Shown in pieces: positions 38,850-49,563 of a stretch of 64,000 bases of DNA. This DNA comes from Dehalococcoidia bacterium (GTDB taxonomy: Bacteria; Chloroflexota; Dehalococcoidia; UBA2979). Below the pieces are notes generated by a model. That model was not told the origin of the DNA, searched no databases, and saw only the letters and a list, made by a program, of their open reading frames with translations. The stretch's first letter is position 1; each line of letters starts with the position of its first letter. The position numbers and the translations under genes are program-made. The stretch covers positions 3,392,001-3,456,000 of the forward strand of contig OZ253555.1 in assembly GCA_965262725.1 (NCBI GenBank), written 5' to 3'.

Positions 38850-40070
38850 CTAGCCCCTGGGCAGCCCGAGCCCGCGCGTCGCTATGATGTTGCGCTGGAT
38901 CTCGGAGGATCCACCTCCGATGGTGAACGGGATCAGCGCAACATAGCTGTGCGCGAACGTTCCCTCCAGCGGCGCGCGGGGCTCACCGTCCCAAAGGTTG
39001 CCGTAGAGCCCCAAGACCTTGGTGCCCAGCAACGCGATCCGCTGTGAGAGCTCGGACCCGAAGAGCGACGAGACCGAAGCCTCGTAGTTAGGCACCTGAC
39101 CAGCCGCCTGGATCGTGATGATGCGCAGCGAGAAGTTCATCAGCACGCCGGCCTCGACGTAGCTCTGGGCCATTTGCTGACGCAGGGCGTCGAGCCGTGT
39201 CAGGCGCGAGCGCGCCGCTCCGGCCGGCGTCCCGACGTAGGTCATCAGCTTCTGCAGGATTCGCTCTGCGCTGACTGCCCCCGAGATGTTCGAGCGTTCG
39301 TTGTCGAGGAGCGTCATCGCGACGTACCAGCCGCGGTTCTCCTCGCCCACGATCTGGTCTGCCGGGATGCGCACGTCCTCGAAGAAGTCCTCGTTGATCT
39401 CGTGGCCCCACGCCGCATCGATGATCGGGCGTACCTCGATCCCTGGCGACCTGAGGTCCGCGAGCAGAAACGAGATGCCACGGTGCTTCGGCGCCTCCGG
39501 GTCCGTGCGGGTGAGCAACAGGATCCAGTCCGCGTAGTGCGCGTGGGTGGTCCAGATCTTCTGGCCGTTGATCACGTACTCGTCGCCGTCGCGCACAGCG
39601 CGCGTCCGCAATGACGCGAGGTCGGAGCCCGCTCCAGGCTCGGAGAAGCCCTGGCACCACACCACGTCTCCCTTGAGGATCGGCGGGAGGAAGCGGCGCT
39701 TCTGCTCCTCTGTCCCGTGCACGAGCAGGGCCGGTCCGAGCATCCCGATGCCGACGTTGCTCCCCACCCCGGGCGCGTTCGCGCGGGCGAGCTCCTCGTT
39801 CAGGATGTACTGCTCCATCGGGGCCAGGCCGCCGCCGCCGTAAGCCGTGGGCCAGTGTGGAGCCACCCAACGCTTCGACGCGAACGATTCGAACCACTCG
39901 CGAGCCGCCTCCCGCGCGCCCCTCTCGTCCGAGAGACGGTCGAGCGCCCACTGTGTGTAGGCCCGGTACTCATGCTGCGAAAGCTCGCGGTAGCGCTCAG
40001 GCATCCTCGCTATGAGCGCGCCCACCTCGTCGCGAAACGTCTCCTGCTCCGCGGTGTCGGTCCACTCCAT
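38850..40070 (-). CDS. Acyl-CoA dehydrogenase
   Basis: CQGFSEPGAGSDLASL, NGQKIWTT, LDNER, GGSSEIQRN. Confidence 0.95.
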   Translation of the reverse strand: MEWTDTAEQETFRDEVGALIARMPERYRELSQHEYRAYTQWALDRLSDERGAREAAREWFESFASKRWVAPHWPTAYGGGGLAPMEQYILNEELARANAPGVGSNVGIGMLGPALLVHGTEEQKRRFLPPILKGDVVWCQGFSEPGAGSDLASLRTRAVRDGDEYVINGQKIWTTHAHYADWILLLTRTDPEAPKHRGISFLLADLRSPGIEVRPIIDAAWGHEINEDFFEDVRIPADQIVGEENRGWYVAMTLLDNERSNISGAVSAERILQKLMTYVGTPAGAARSRLTRLDALRQQMAQSYVEAGVLMNFSLRIITIQAAGQVPNYEASVSSLFGSELSQRIALLGTKVLGLYGNLWDGEPRAPLEGTFAHSYVALIPFTIGGGSSEIQRNIIATRGLGLPRG

Positions 40071-40182
40071 CGCCGCCCCCCATCAACATCGCGAATCCTG
40101 AGCCCATCGGGCTTCGGCATGGCGCGCAGGGCCGCGCCGTCACGCAAGCCAGTCACCGTTACCCGGCTCCTGGGAACGGCCG

Positions 40183-41244
40183 CTAGCCGCTCGCCAGCGG
40201 CACGAAAGCATCGATCGCCCGGTAGAGATCCTCTTCGCTCTCGCGGGTTCGCAGCTCCCTCTCGTCGGGCGTCGCGTACGAATCGTGCAACGGGTACAGC
40301 AGCAGCGTATCGGCGCGCCCGTCGAAGCGCTCGCGCGCGATCTCCCGGAGCTCGGCGGGCGTGCCGATCAGGCACACCTCCTCGACCATCGCGTCGGAGA
40401 TGATCGCCTCCATCTCGCGGCCGTCGATCGGCGTGCCCGAATCCTGCGCCCGCTGCCAGACCGCGCGGATGGCGTCCCGCTCACGCGCCCAGCCGTGGAA
40501 CTCCTGGAAGCCGCCGTAGGCGCGCGTCGAGTAGTAGTTGGCGAGGTTCCGCTTTCCGCGGCGGTAGCCCTCTTCGCGGGTCGCGCCCCCATCGACGACC
40601 CACACCATCGGCATCGCGCACAGCTCGAAGTCGGCGCGGCTGCGGCCGCTCCGCGCGAGGCCGCGCTCGACCTCGGGGAGCACGACCGCGTCCATCCAGC
40701 GGGCGCTGAAGATGGGGTGGCCGACCAGACCGTCGCTCACCTCCCCGGCGACGCGCAGGTTCAATCGGTTCACGCCCGAGAAGTAGATGGGGGGCGGTGG
40801 GACTTCGCGATGGCGCGCACGCAGGCCGAAGCCTCCAGGCGGGTCCGCCGCGTAGAACTCTCCCTCGTAGCGGCCCTCCGTCATCAGCGCCCGGATCGCG
40901 CGGATCATGTCGCGGGCGCGGGCGGCGGGGCGGTCGAGGTCGACGCCCGCCATCCGCCGCACCTGGCCCTTCGTCTGCGAGCCGAGGCCGAGCACGAAGC
41001 GGCCGCCCGACATCTCCTGCAGCGCGAGGGCGGTCGAGGCGTGCAGGTACGGGGTGGCGTGGAACGTCGGGATGATGCCGGTACCGACGCGAATGCGCTC
41101 GGTGGCGTCGATGATGCGCATCGCGCCGATGTAGAAGCCGCCGGTCGGGAAGAACGCGGAGTCGAGCCCCGCGGCCTCGGCGGCCCGCGCCAGCGGCACC
41201 ATCTCCGAGGAGCGGGTGCCGACGATCTGAATCCCGATGCGCAC
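40183..41244 (-). CDS. LLM-class flavin/F420-dependent oxidoreductase
   Basis: ARAAEAAGLD, TERIRVGTGI, SGGRFVLGLG, AGEVSDG. Confidence 0.88.
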   Translation of the reverse strand: MRIGIQIVGTRSSEMVPLARAAEAAGLDSAFFPTGGFYIGAMRIIDATERIRVGTGIIPTFHATPYLHASTALALQEMSGGRFVLGLGSQTKGQVRRMAGVDLDRPAARARDMIRAIRALMTEGRYEGEFYAADPPGGFGLRARHREVPPPPIYFSGVNRLNLRVAGEVSDGLVGHPIFSARWMDAVVLPEVERGLARSGRSRADFELCAMPMVWVVDGGATREEGYRRGKRNLANYYSTRAYGGFQEFHGWARERDAIRAVWQRAQDSGTPIDGREMEAIISDAMVEEVCLIGTPAELREIARERFDGRADTLLLYPLHDSYATPDERELRTRESEEDLYRAIDAFVPLASG

Positions 41245-41273
41245 GAGGCCACCGCCTCAGGAGACGCGACGCG

Positions 41274-42128
41274 CTAGGAGGCGCCGGGCTTCGCCGTCCG
41301 CTCGTAGTCGGCCGTGCGTCCCTCGACGAAGGCCTTCATCCCCTCCATGCGGTCGTGGTCGGCCGCGGTCTCCTGGATCAGCTGCCGGCGCGTCTTCCGC
41401 CGCTCCTCCAGCTCCTCGGGCGGGTGTACGTTGCCGCTGCGCAGCTGCAGCTCGATCGAGCGCTGCTTCAGCTTCGCAATCGCGTCGGGCCCCATCCGCG
41501 TCGTCGCCTCGGCGAGCTCGAGCGCACGGTCCAGCACCTGCTCGCGCGGCACGACATCTGAGGCGAAGCCCCAGCGCAGGCACTCCTCGGCGGTGAAGCG
41601 CCGGTCCGTCATGGTGAAGGCGCGCGCGATCATCGGCGGCAGGTAGTGGAACATCACGTCGCCCGAGCCGACGTTGACCTTGGCGTGCGCGTCGAGGATG
41701 TAGGTGTCCTCCGCCATCACCACCATGTCGACCATCGTCACCATCTCGAGACCGCCGCCGACCGCCGGCCCGTTCAGCGCGGCGACGAGCGGCTTCTGGA
41801 TGATCCAGTGGTTGCACAGCCGCCCGAACAGCTCGTGGTCCGGGTCGTCGATCGGTCGCAGCGCCGAGGTGTCGCCGCTCCCGTACTGCCCCACGTACTC
41901 GTTGAGGTCACGGCCGGCGCAGAAGAAGCGGCCGGCGCCGGTGACGACGGCGGCCTTGATCTCGTCGTTCTCGTTGATCTCGTTCCAGCAGGCCCCGACG
42001 TCGCGGTGCATCTCCGTGTTCAGCGCGTTCGCGGACTCGGGGCGGTTGAGCGTGACGACCGCCACCTCGCCCCGCCTCTCGAACAGCGCCGCCTCCATGT
42101 CGTTCAGGTCGACGCCGTACAGGGCCAT
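41274..42128 (-). CDS. Enoyl-CoA hydratase/isomerase (crotonase) family
   Basis: TLNRPESANAL, FCAGRD, KPLVAALNGPAVGGGLE. Confidence 0.92.
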   Translation of the reverse strand: MALYGVDLNDMEAALFERRGEVAVVTLNRPESANALNTEMHRDVGACWNEINENDEIKAAVVTGAGRFFCAGRDLNEYVGQYGSGDTSALRPIDDPDHELFGRLCNHWIIQKPLVAALNGPAVGGGLEMVTMVDMVVMAEDTYILDAHAKVNVGSGDVMFHYLPPMIARAFTMTDRRFTAEECLRWGFASDVVPREQVLDRALELAEATTRMGPDAIAKLKQRSIELQLRSGNVHPPEELEERRKTRRQLIQETAADHDRMEGMKAFVEGRTADYERTAKPGAS

Positions 42129-42225
42129 GGCTCTCCTACCTCTCTCCCCCGACTTCGGGGTGGCGGCACGACGGTAGCAGAAGCGAGCGCGGCTTTGCGG
42201 AGCCCGCACGCGGACTCGCCGGGGG

Positions 42226-44616
42226 TCAGTCGTCACGGAGCGGCATCGCCCGCAACGCGCGGGGCTGGTCGAGGACCGCGCCGGACGCGCGGAGTGACGT
42301 GATCTGGGATGCGTTGAGGCCGAGGTCTCCTTGGACCACCTCGTCGTTGTGTTCGCCAAAGAGCGGAGCCGGCCGCGCTTGTGTCGGCGGCGGGGTCCGT
42401 GACAGCTTCCAGGGGAGGCCCTCGTAGCGCTGGAAGCCCACCTCGGGGTGCACGGTTTCGATCCAGTAGCCGCGCTGGGAGAGGTGCGGATCGCTGACCA
42501 GCTCCCAGTTCGCGAGCACGGGGCCGGCCGGCACGCCCGCGGCCTGCAGCCGTCGCGTCGCCTCGTTGTGGTCGAGGTCCGCGCTCCATGCCTCGATCGC
42601 GCGGTCGATCTCGTCGTGCGCCGCAAGGCGAGCCTCGGCGGTGGGAAAGCGCTCGGCCAGCTCCGGGCGCTCCAGCGTGGCGCACAGCCGCTGCCACTGC
42701 TCGTCGCTCTCGACCGCGAGAGCGAGCCAGCAATCGTCCCCGGCAGCGCGGTACGCGCCCTGCGGCGCGATACTCGGGGAGCGGTTGGCGAGCGGGCCGG
42801 CGACCCTCCCGTTCAGCCGGTAGTCCATCAGCGACTCGACGGCGAAGATCGCGCCGCTGTCCAGCAGAGGCACCTCAATGTGCTGGCCGCGCCCACTCCG
42901 CTCGCGCTCCATGAGGGCGGCGATGATGCCGATCGTCGCGTGCGTGCCGCCGATGGGGTCGGTGTGGAACGAGCCGGTCGCGTGCAGATCGCCGGGCCCG
43001 TAGCCGGTGCGCGAAACGACAGCCGTGGTGGCCTCCATGTTCGACCCGGCGGCGCGATACGAGGCGAGAGGGCCCTCCGAGCCGAAGGCCGGAATCGAGC
43101 AGCTGATGAGGCGTGGATTGCGTCGTTCGAGTTCATCGAAGGGGAGGCCGAGGCGAGGGAAGACCCCCGGGCTGTTGTTCTCGACGAGCACGTCCGCGGT
43201 CTCGATCAGTCGCAGGAACAGCTCCTTGCCCCCCTCAGTCTGCAGGTCGAAGCAGACGCTGCGCTTGTTGCGATTGAACTGATGGAAACCGTGCCCGCGG
43301 TTCAGCGCGTAGGGCCAGCTCTGCCCCGCCGGGTAGTGCCACGAGCGGGTGGCCTGCGCGATCGGCGCGTCCACCACGATCACGTCCGCCCCGAGGTCGG
43401 CGAAGTGCATCCCGCAGAGCGGGCCCGCCCAGCTGTTGGTCACCTCCACCACCCGCAGTCCGCTGAATGGAAGCGCGTCGTCGCTCCGCTCCCCGGGTCG
43501 CGCAGCAGTCTCCCCAAGCGGCTGGTGGGCTCCTAGGAGCGGCGCCGCCACTTCCGTGCCCGTCCGGCTCCGCGACATCACCCACGGCGGCCCGGGCAGC
43601 TCGAGTGCTCCGGCGAGCGGATGGTCCACGGCCTTCCACCATTGGCGAGCCGCGAGTTGCGACGAAGCGGCGAGCTCCGCGATCGAGTCGACCGGGGTCA
43701 CCGCGTTGATGCGAAGCTCCTGAGCGCGTTCGTGCACCTCGGCCTTCGTTCGGCCTGCCACCCATCCCGCGAGGTCGGCGAGCAGCTCCGACCGTGCCTC
43801 GGGCCAGCGGGCCGGGTCCTCCCACCGCGGGTCGTCGGCTCGCTCCGAGTCGCCGATCAGCGTGTAGAGCTGCGGACGGGGATACGCCACCAGGAGCAGG
43901 CCGTCGGCACAGGCGACCAGCGTCGTGCCCCGTCGCTTGTCGACCTTGCCCTCCTGCATCCAGTTCGAGAGAAGGAAGACGTGCGCGCTGACCATCGACT
44001 CGAAGGTCGAGACGTCGACGTGCTGACCGACGCCGCTCCTGCGCGCGTGCCAGAGCGCGGCCAGCGCGCCGGCAGCGAGCTGCATGCCGGCGTGGAGCTC
44101 CGCCTGGTAGCCCGGCATCATCAGCGGTGGCTTCCCGGGCGCGCCGCAGAAGTACATCCAGCCGCCCATCGCGTAGTCGACGATCTCGGAGCTGAGCCGG
44201 CTCGCGTAAGGGCCATCCAGTCCGAAAGGCGAGTGCGACGCGTACACCAGCGACGGGAAATCCGCCGCCAGCTCGCGGAATCCGATGCCATGCGAGTCCA
44301 TCACGCCGGGGCCCGCCGTCTCCAGCAGGATGTCCGCTGTCGCGAGTAGGCGCTTCAGCTCACCCCGCCCGGCGGAGCTGTGTACGTCAAGGACGACGCT
44401 CTCCTTGCCGGCGTTGAGAGCGAGGTGCAGCCCGCCCCGCTCGGGTTCGGGCAGGTCGTCGGCGAAGGGCCCGAGCCGCCGGAGGCGATCTCCGCCCGGC
44501 GGCTCGACTTTGAGGACGCGCGCGCCAAGGGCGGCTAGCAGCCATGACCCGTAGCCACCGGCGACGCCCTCGGTGCAGTCGACCACGACAGTGCCAGTGA
44601 GCGGGTAGTCGGCCAT
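42226..44616 (-). CDS. Tandem two-domain family III CoA-transferase
   Basis: Two CaiB units: LNAGKES and FNRNKRS, each ending in AP.LG/FG.H. Confidence 0.92.
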   Translation of the reverse strand: MADYPLTGTVVVDCTEGVAGGYGSWLLAALGARVLKVEPPGGDRLRRLGPFADDLPEPERGGLHLALNAGKESVVLDVHSSAGRGELKRLLATADILLETAGPGVMDSHGIGFRELAADFPSLVYASHSPFGLDGPYASRLSSEIVDYAMGGWMYFCGAPGKPPLMMPGYQAELHAGMQLAAGALAALWHARRSGVGQHVDVSTFESMVSAHVFLLSNWMQEGKVDKRRGTTLVACADGLLLVAYPRPQLYTLIGDSERADDPRWEDPARWPEARSELLADLAGWVAGRTKAEVHERAQELRINAVTPVDSIAELAASSQLAARQWWKAVDHPLAGALELPGPPWVMSRSRTGTEVAAPLLGAHQPLGETAARPGERSDDALPFSGLRVVEVTNSWAGPLCGMHFADLGADVIVVDAPIAQATRSWHYPAGQSWPYALNRGHGFHQFNRNKRSVCFDLQTEGGKELFLRLIETADVLVENNSPGVFPRLGLPFDELERRNPRLISCSIPAFGSEGPLASYRAAGSNMEATTAVVSRTGYGPGDLHATGSFHTDPIGGTHATIGIIAALMERERSGRGQHIEVPLLDSGAIFAVESLMDYRLNGRVAGPLANRSPSIAPQGAYRAAGDDCWLALAVESDEQWQRLCATLERPELAERFPTAEARLAAHDEIDRAIEAWSADLDHNEATRRLQAAGVPAGPVLANWELVSDPHLSQRGYWIETVHPEVGFQRYEGLPWKLSRTPPPTQARPAPLFGEHNDEVVQGDLGLNASQITSLRASGAVLDQPRALRAMPLRDD

Positions 44617-44647
44617 CTGCGAGCGCGGCCTTACTGTTGCAAACTGC

Positions 44648-45877
44648 CTAGCCGCGTGGCAGACCGAGGCCCCGCGTCGCGATCACGTTGCGCTGGATCT
44701 CGGAGCTGCCGCCCGCGATGGTGCCGGGGATGCCGCGCACGTAGCCGTGCGTGAACGACGCCTCCATCGGGGAGCGCGGGTCGTCCTCGTCCCACAGGTT
44801 CGCGTAGAGCCCGAACACCTTCGTCCCGGTGCGCTCTACGCGCTGCGACGCCTCCGACCCGAACAGCTTCGCGACGGATGCCTCGTGATTGGGAACCTGA
44901 GCCTGGCTCTGGATCGTGATGATGCGCAGCGAGAAGTTGTGCATCACCCCCGCCTCGACGTAGTGAGCGGCGATCTGCTGTCGCAGGGAGTCGAGCTCGC
45001 TTACCCGCGAGCGCGCAGCGCCCTGGTCCGTGTGGAGGTAGCGCACGAGGCGATCGAGGCGCCGCTGCTGCGACACCGCGCCGGTGATATTCGAGCGCTC
45101 GTTGTCGAGGAGGGTCATCGCCACGTACCAGCCGCGGTTCTCCTCCCCCACGATCTGGTCCGCGGGGACGCGCACGTCCTCGAAGAAGTCCTCGTTGATC
45201 TCGTGCCCCCACGCGGCGTCGATGATCGGTCGAACCGATACCCCCGGCGAGCGGATGTCCATGAGCAGGAACGTGATCCCGCGATGCTTCGGCGCCTCAG
45301 GGTCGGTTCGACATAGCATCAGGATCCAGTCGGCGTAGTGCCCGTGCGTCGTCCATATCTTCTGGCCGTTCACGACGTACTCGTCGCCGTCGCGCACCGC
45401 GCGCGTTTGCAGCGAGGCGAGATCCGATCCGGCACCCGGCTCGGAGAAGCCCTGCGCCCAGATCACCTCACCCCTGAGGATCGGCGGGAGGTAGCGTCGC
45501 TTCTGCTCGTCCGTTCCGTGGACGATCAGTGCCGGGCCGAGCATGCCGATCCCAACGTTGCTGCCGACCGTGGGGAGGTTCGCTAGCGTCATCTCCTCGC
45601 GGTAGATGTACTGCTCCATAGGGCTGAACCCGCCACCCCCGTACTCGGTGGGCCAGTGCGGCGCGACCCAGCCCTTTTCAGCGATCGCAGTGAACCATTC
45701 GTCCGCCGCTTCGACGCTGGTCGACTCGTTCGAGGTGCGATCGACCTGCCACTGGAAGAACGCGCGACGGTGGTTGCTCTCCGCGAGCCGCCGATATCGC
45801 TCCGGTGCTTTGGCGGCGATCAGTTCACGCGCCTCGCTCCGGAAGGCCGCCTGATCGCGCGTGTCATGCCAATCCAT
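44648..45877 (-). CDS. Acyl-CoA dehydrogenase
   Basis: Same motif set as 38850-40070. Confidence 0.95.
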   Translation of the reverse strand: MDWHDTRDQAAFRSEARELIAAKAPERYRRLAESNHRRAFFQWQVDRTSNESTSVEAADEWFTAIAEKGWVAPHWPTEYGGGGFSPMEQYIYREEMTLANLPTVGSNVGIGMLGPALIVHGTDEQKRRYLPPILRGEVIWAQGFSEPGAGSDLASLQTRAVRDGDEYVVNGQKIWTTHGHYADWILMLCRTDPEAPKHRGITFLLMDIRSPGVSVRPIIDAAWGHEINEDFFEDVRVPADQIVGEENRGWYVAMTLLDNERSNITGAVSQQRRLDRLVRYLHTDQGAARSRVSELDSLRQQIAAHYVEAGVMHNFSLRIITIQSQAQVPNHEASVAKLFGSEASQRVERTGTKVFGLYANLWDEDDPRSPMEASFTHGYVRGIPGTIAGGSSEIQRNVIATRGLGLPRG

Positions 45878-46125
45878 GTCGTGCTCCGACTCTTCCAGTT
45901 CGCGATGGTGCCGACCACAAGGTAGGACCGCATAGGCCGCCGCGAGCGTGCATCACGACCGGATGATACTGCGGGACGCGTGGCGCACCCGGCAACCGAA
46001 TGCGCCGAACTCGATCCGCCCGCGCCAGCGCAGCGTCGACCGTTCGAGCAAGGCGGTCAGGAGCCCTCCTCGCTATCGCGAGGTCGAGGCTACCCCGGCG
46101 CGCCCTCGAAGCTGACGGCACCCTC

Positions 46126-47100
46126 TCAGACGGCGTCGAAGTCGACGTTGCTGAGAGCCTCCTCCGCAGCCTTGAAGCAGATCCCATCGCGCTCCTCTTC
46201 GGTGAAGTTGATGCCGTGGCGCGCGCCCCAATCCGGGAGGTTCTTGAAGATGTCGGTCCAGACCTCGGTTCGGCCGCGCGCCCTGCTGCCGACACCCGCC
46301 TGCGGGAGATCGGTCCCCCACACTATTCGGTCGGGGCCCGCGCGGTCGAGAAACGCGCGGACAACCTTGAGGAGCTGAGGGATGTTCCCCTCGTCCACCG
46401 CGCCAGTGACCTGCCAGTCGGTCAGGTCGAGCCAGACGTTGCGCTTGCCCGACGCCGCGATGAGACCGCGCCAGTAGGTGGCGGTCTCGAAGGGTCCGGA
46501 GAGGTTCGCGTGCCCCATGATGATGCGAAGGTCGGGGTAGCGGCGGGCCACGAGCTCAACCCATTCGGCCCACGCCCAGATGTTGCCGCCCGTGTGGATC
46601 AGCACCGGCACGTCCAGCTCGATCGCCTTCTCGTACATCGGGAAGCAGCGCTCGTCGTTGGCCTGGTAGCCGTTGGGCGGGTAGACCTTGAGGCCAACCG
46701 CGCCGTGGCTCTTCACCATGTCGTCGAAGATCGCGACGGCGCGCGGACGGCGCGGGTCGACGCCCGCGAACCACCACAGCTTGCCGGGGTAGCGAGCGGC
46801 GGCCTCGGCGGTCTTGCGGTGGAACTCCTCCACGTCCAGCTGGTTGTCCTCGGCGGGGCCGTAGGCCAGACCCCAGTCGAGGCAGAGGATGATGGAGTGG
46901 TCGATGCCGTAGTGTTCCATCTCCGCAATGGCGCCGGAGCCAGACTCCTCCATCGTGGGCGACTGCTTGATGCGGTCGAGCACCTGCTCCTTGGTGCGGC
47001 CGGTGCGCCGCGCGAGCTCGGCGGCGTTGTTGCCGAGGTGGCTCGGCGGGAACCAGTCGAAGCCCCACAAGTGCCGATGGACATCGATCAGCTTGACCAT
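46126..47100 (-). CDS. Amidohydrolase_2-family protein
   Basis: IDVHRH, GLKVYP, VLIHTG, IMGH, WGTD. Confidence 0.9.
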   Translation of the reverse strand: MVKLIDVHRHLWGFDWFPPSHLGNNAAELARRTGRTKEQVLDRIKQSPTMEESGSGAIAEMEHYGIDHSIILCLDWGLAYGPAEDNQLDVEEFHRKTAEAAARYPGKLWWFAGVDPRRPRAVAIFDDMVKSHGAVGLKVYPPNGYQANDERCFPMYEKAIELDVPVLIHTGGNIWAWAEWVELVARRYPDLRIIMGHANLSGPFETATYWRGLIAASGKRNVWLDLTDWQVTGAVDEGNIPQLLKVVRAFLDRAGPDRIVWGTDLPQAGVGSRARGRTEVWTDIFKNLPDWGARHGINFTEEERDGICFKAAEEALSNVDFDAV

Positions 47101-47168
47101 GATTCGCGGACCTCACGTATGTCAGCCGGTAGGCGCCCCCCGGGGCGGTGTTCGCGCCACCAAGATTG

Positions 47169-48023
47169 CTAGCCGGTGCCGCCCTTGACGGGGCGCTCGT
47201 ACTGCGATTCGCGCTTCTCGACGAAGGCCTTCATGCCTTCCATCAGGTCGTGGTCGCTGGCCGTCTCCGCCCTCTGCGCGCGCACGGTCGTGCGCCGCTC
47301 CTCGCGGAACTCGGGCGGGTGGAGGTTGCCCGACGCGAGCTGGAGCTCGATAGAGCCCTGCTTGAGGCGCTGGATCGAGTCCGGGCCCATCCGGCTCGTG
47401 GCCTCCGCGACTTCGATCGCCTTCTCGAGCACCTCATCCTTCGAGGTCACGTAGTTGGCGAAGCCCCACGTGTGGCACTCCTGAGCTGTGAGGCGGCGGT
47501 CCGTCATGGTGAGCTCGCGCGCGATCATCGGCGGCAGGAACGTGTTCATCGAGTTCATGCCGCCGGCGTTGATCTTCGCGTGCAGGTCCGCGATGTAGGC
47601 GTCGTCAGCCATGACGATCATGTCGCACATGATCGCTACCTCCAGGCCGCCGCCCACCGCCGGGCCGTTGAGGGCGCCGATCAGTGGCTTGCGCACATGC
47701 CAGTGGTTGGCGGTTGCCCCGAACATCTCGTTGTCGGGGTCGTCGATCGGCCGTAGCACGTCGGCCTCGCCCGCCCCGTAGGTGCCGACGAACTCTTTGA
47801 TGTCGCGCCCGGCGCAGAAGAAGCGGCCTGCGCCCGTGACGACGGCGGCGCGGATGTCGTCGTTGCCGTTTATCTCCTCCCAGCATGCGGCGATGTCGCG
47901 ATGGATCGCTGTGTTCAGGGCGTTCAGCGACTCCGGCCGGTTCATTGTGACGACCGCGATGTTGCCACGGAGCTCGAAGACGCCGGACTCCATGTTGCTC
48001 AGGTCGACGCCGTACAGTGCCAT
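47169..48023 (-). CDS. Enoyl-CoA hydratase/isomerase family, paralog of 41274-42128
   Basis: Same length (855 nt), shared MALYGVDL start and motifs. Confidence 0.92.
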   Translation of the reverse strand: MALYGVDLSNMESGVFELRGNIAVVTMNRPESLNALNTAIHRDIAACWEEINGNDDIRAAVVTGAGRFFCAGRDIKEFVGTYGAGEADVLRPIDDPDNEMFGATANHWHVRKPLIGALNGPAVGGGLEVAIMCDMIVMADDAYIADLHAKINAGGMNSMNTFLPPMIARELTMTDRRLTAQECHTWGFANYVTSKDEVLEKAIEVAEATSRMGPDSIQRLKQGSIELQLASGNLHPPEFREERRTTVRAQRAETASDHDLMEGMKAFVEKRESQYERPVKGGTG

Positions 48024-48069
48024 CTCGATCCTCCTCGGCCTGCTGCAATCCAGTTTCGCTAAGTCCTGC

Positions 48070-49296
48070 TCACCCTCGCGGAAGCCCCAGCCCGCGGGTC
48101 GCGATGACGTTGCGCTGAATCTCCGGAGTCCCGCCGCCGACCCGCGCTGCGGAACGCGCGTAGCTGTGCGCGTAGGACGCCTCCATCGGCGCTCGTTCGT
48201 CATCGGGGTCCCAGAGGTTGGCGTAGAGGCCGAACACGGAGGTGCCGGTCCGCGCGAGACGCTGGCGACCGTCGCCACCGAAGAGGTGCGACACCGACGC
48301 CTCGTAGTTGGGGATCTGGCCAGCGCGCTGCATCGTGATGATTCGCAGCGAAAGGTTGAACATCACCGCAGCTTCGATGGAGCGCTCGGCGATCTGCTGT
48401 CGCAGCGAGTCGAACTGGCTCACTCGGGATCGCCTGCGGCCCACGTCGGTGGCGAGGTAGGCGATCAGGCGCCCGATCTCGCGCTCCATCGCGATCGCCC
48501 CGCTGATGTTGGAGCGCTCGTTGTCGAGCAGCGTCATCGCGACGTACCAGCCGCGGTTCTCCTCGCCCACCCGCTGCTCGGCGGGCACGCGAACGTCCTC
48601 GAAGAAGTCCTCGTTGATCTCGTGGCCGCCGGTCATGTCGATGATCGGGCGGATCTCGACCCCGGGCGACCTCAGATCGACGAGCAGGAAGGTGATGCCA
48701 CGGTGCTTGGGAGCTTCTGGGTCTGTCCGCGTGAGTAGCAGGATCCAGTCCGCGTAGTGCGCGTGAGTGGTCCAGATCTTCTGGCCGTTGACTACGTACT
48801 CGTCACCGTCGCGCACCGCGCGCGTCTTGAGCGAGGCGAGATCGGAGCCAGCTCCTGGCTCCGAGAACCCCTGACACCAGACAGCCTCACCCTTGAGGAT
48901 CGGGGGGAGGAATCGCCGCTTCTGCTCGTCGGTGCCGTGCACGATGAGCGCCGGGCCGAGCATGCTGATGCCGACGTTGCTCCCGACGCCCGGCGCATTC
49001 GAGCGGGCGAGCTCGGCGTTAAGGACGAACTGCTCCATCCAGGAGAGGCCGCCCCCGCCGTACTCCCTGGGCCAGTGCGGCGCGCCCCAGCCCTTCTCGG
49101 CGAAGGCCCCGAACCACTCGGCGGCGGCCTCTCGGGCCCCGGGCTCGTCGGAGATGCGATCCCGAGCCCACTGCGCATAGGCGCCGTAGTCGCGGTCGCC
49201 CCGCGCGAGCTGCGAGTACCGCTTGGGCATGCGCGCGATCAGCTCGCGCACCTCGGTGCGGAATGACGCCTGCTCAGTGGTGTCGGTCCACTCCAT
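48070..49296 (-). CDS. Acyl-CoA dehydrogenase
   Basis: Same motif set; closest to 38850-40070 (MEWTDT start). Confidence 0.95.
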   Translation of the reverse strand: MEWTDTTEQASFRTEVRELIARMPKRYSQLARGDRDYGAYAQWARDRISDEPGAREAAAEWFGAFAEKGWGAPHWPREYGGGGLSWMEQFVLNAELARSNAPGVGSNVGISMLGPALIVHGTDEQKRRFLPPILKGEAVWCQGFSEPGAGSDLASLKTRAVRDGDEYVVNGQKIWTTHAHYADWILLLTRTDPEAPKHRGITFLLVDLRSPGVEIRPIIDMTGGHEINEDFFEDVRVPAEQRVGEENRGWYVAMTLLDNERSNISGAIAMEREIGRLIAYLATDVGRRRSRVSQFDSLRQQIAERSIEAAVMFNLSLRIITMQRAGQIPNYEASVSHLFGGDGRQRLARTGTSVFGLYANLWDPDDERAPMEASYAHSYARSAARVGGGTPEIQRNVIATRGLGLPRG

Positions 49297-49563
49297 CGGT
49301 CCGACCTTCCATCGCCGTGGATGGTTCGCCACGCCTCACCGAGGCTCAGCACGGGATGCCGACCTCAAAGGCCAACCCGCCGGCGAAGTAACCGGACGGG
49401 GACGCGAGGAGACGCCCGCGTGGACACTCCCGAGCTGGCGCGAAGCTAGCACATCTCTCATGGGATTTACAGACGTAGTAAGGAGTGGGTGGCTCGTGCG
49501 GCGAACGAACCGAGCGCGCCGCCACGCGCGAGACGGCCGAACGGAAGCGGAGCCCGACTCTTC

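Noticed and set aside
44633-44643. IS26-like IR word ACTGTTGCAAA
   Set aside because: 11-bp match with no partner IR or transposase, in a short gap between co-directional genes
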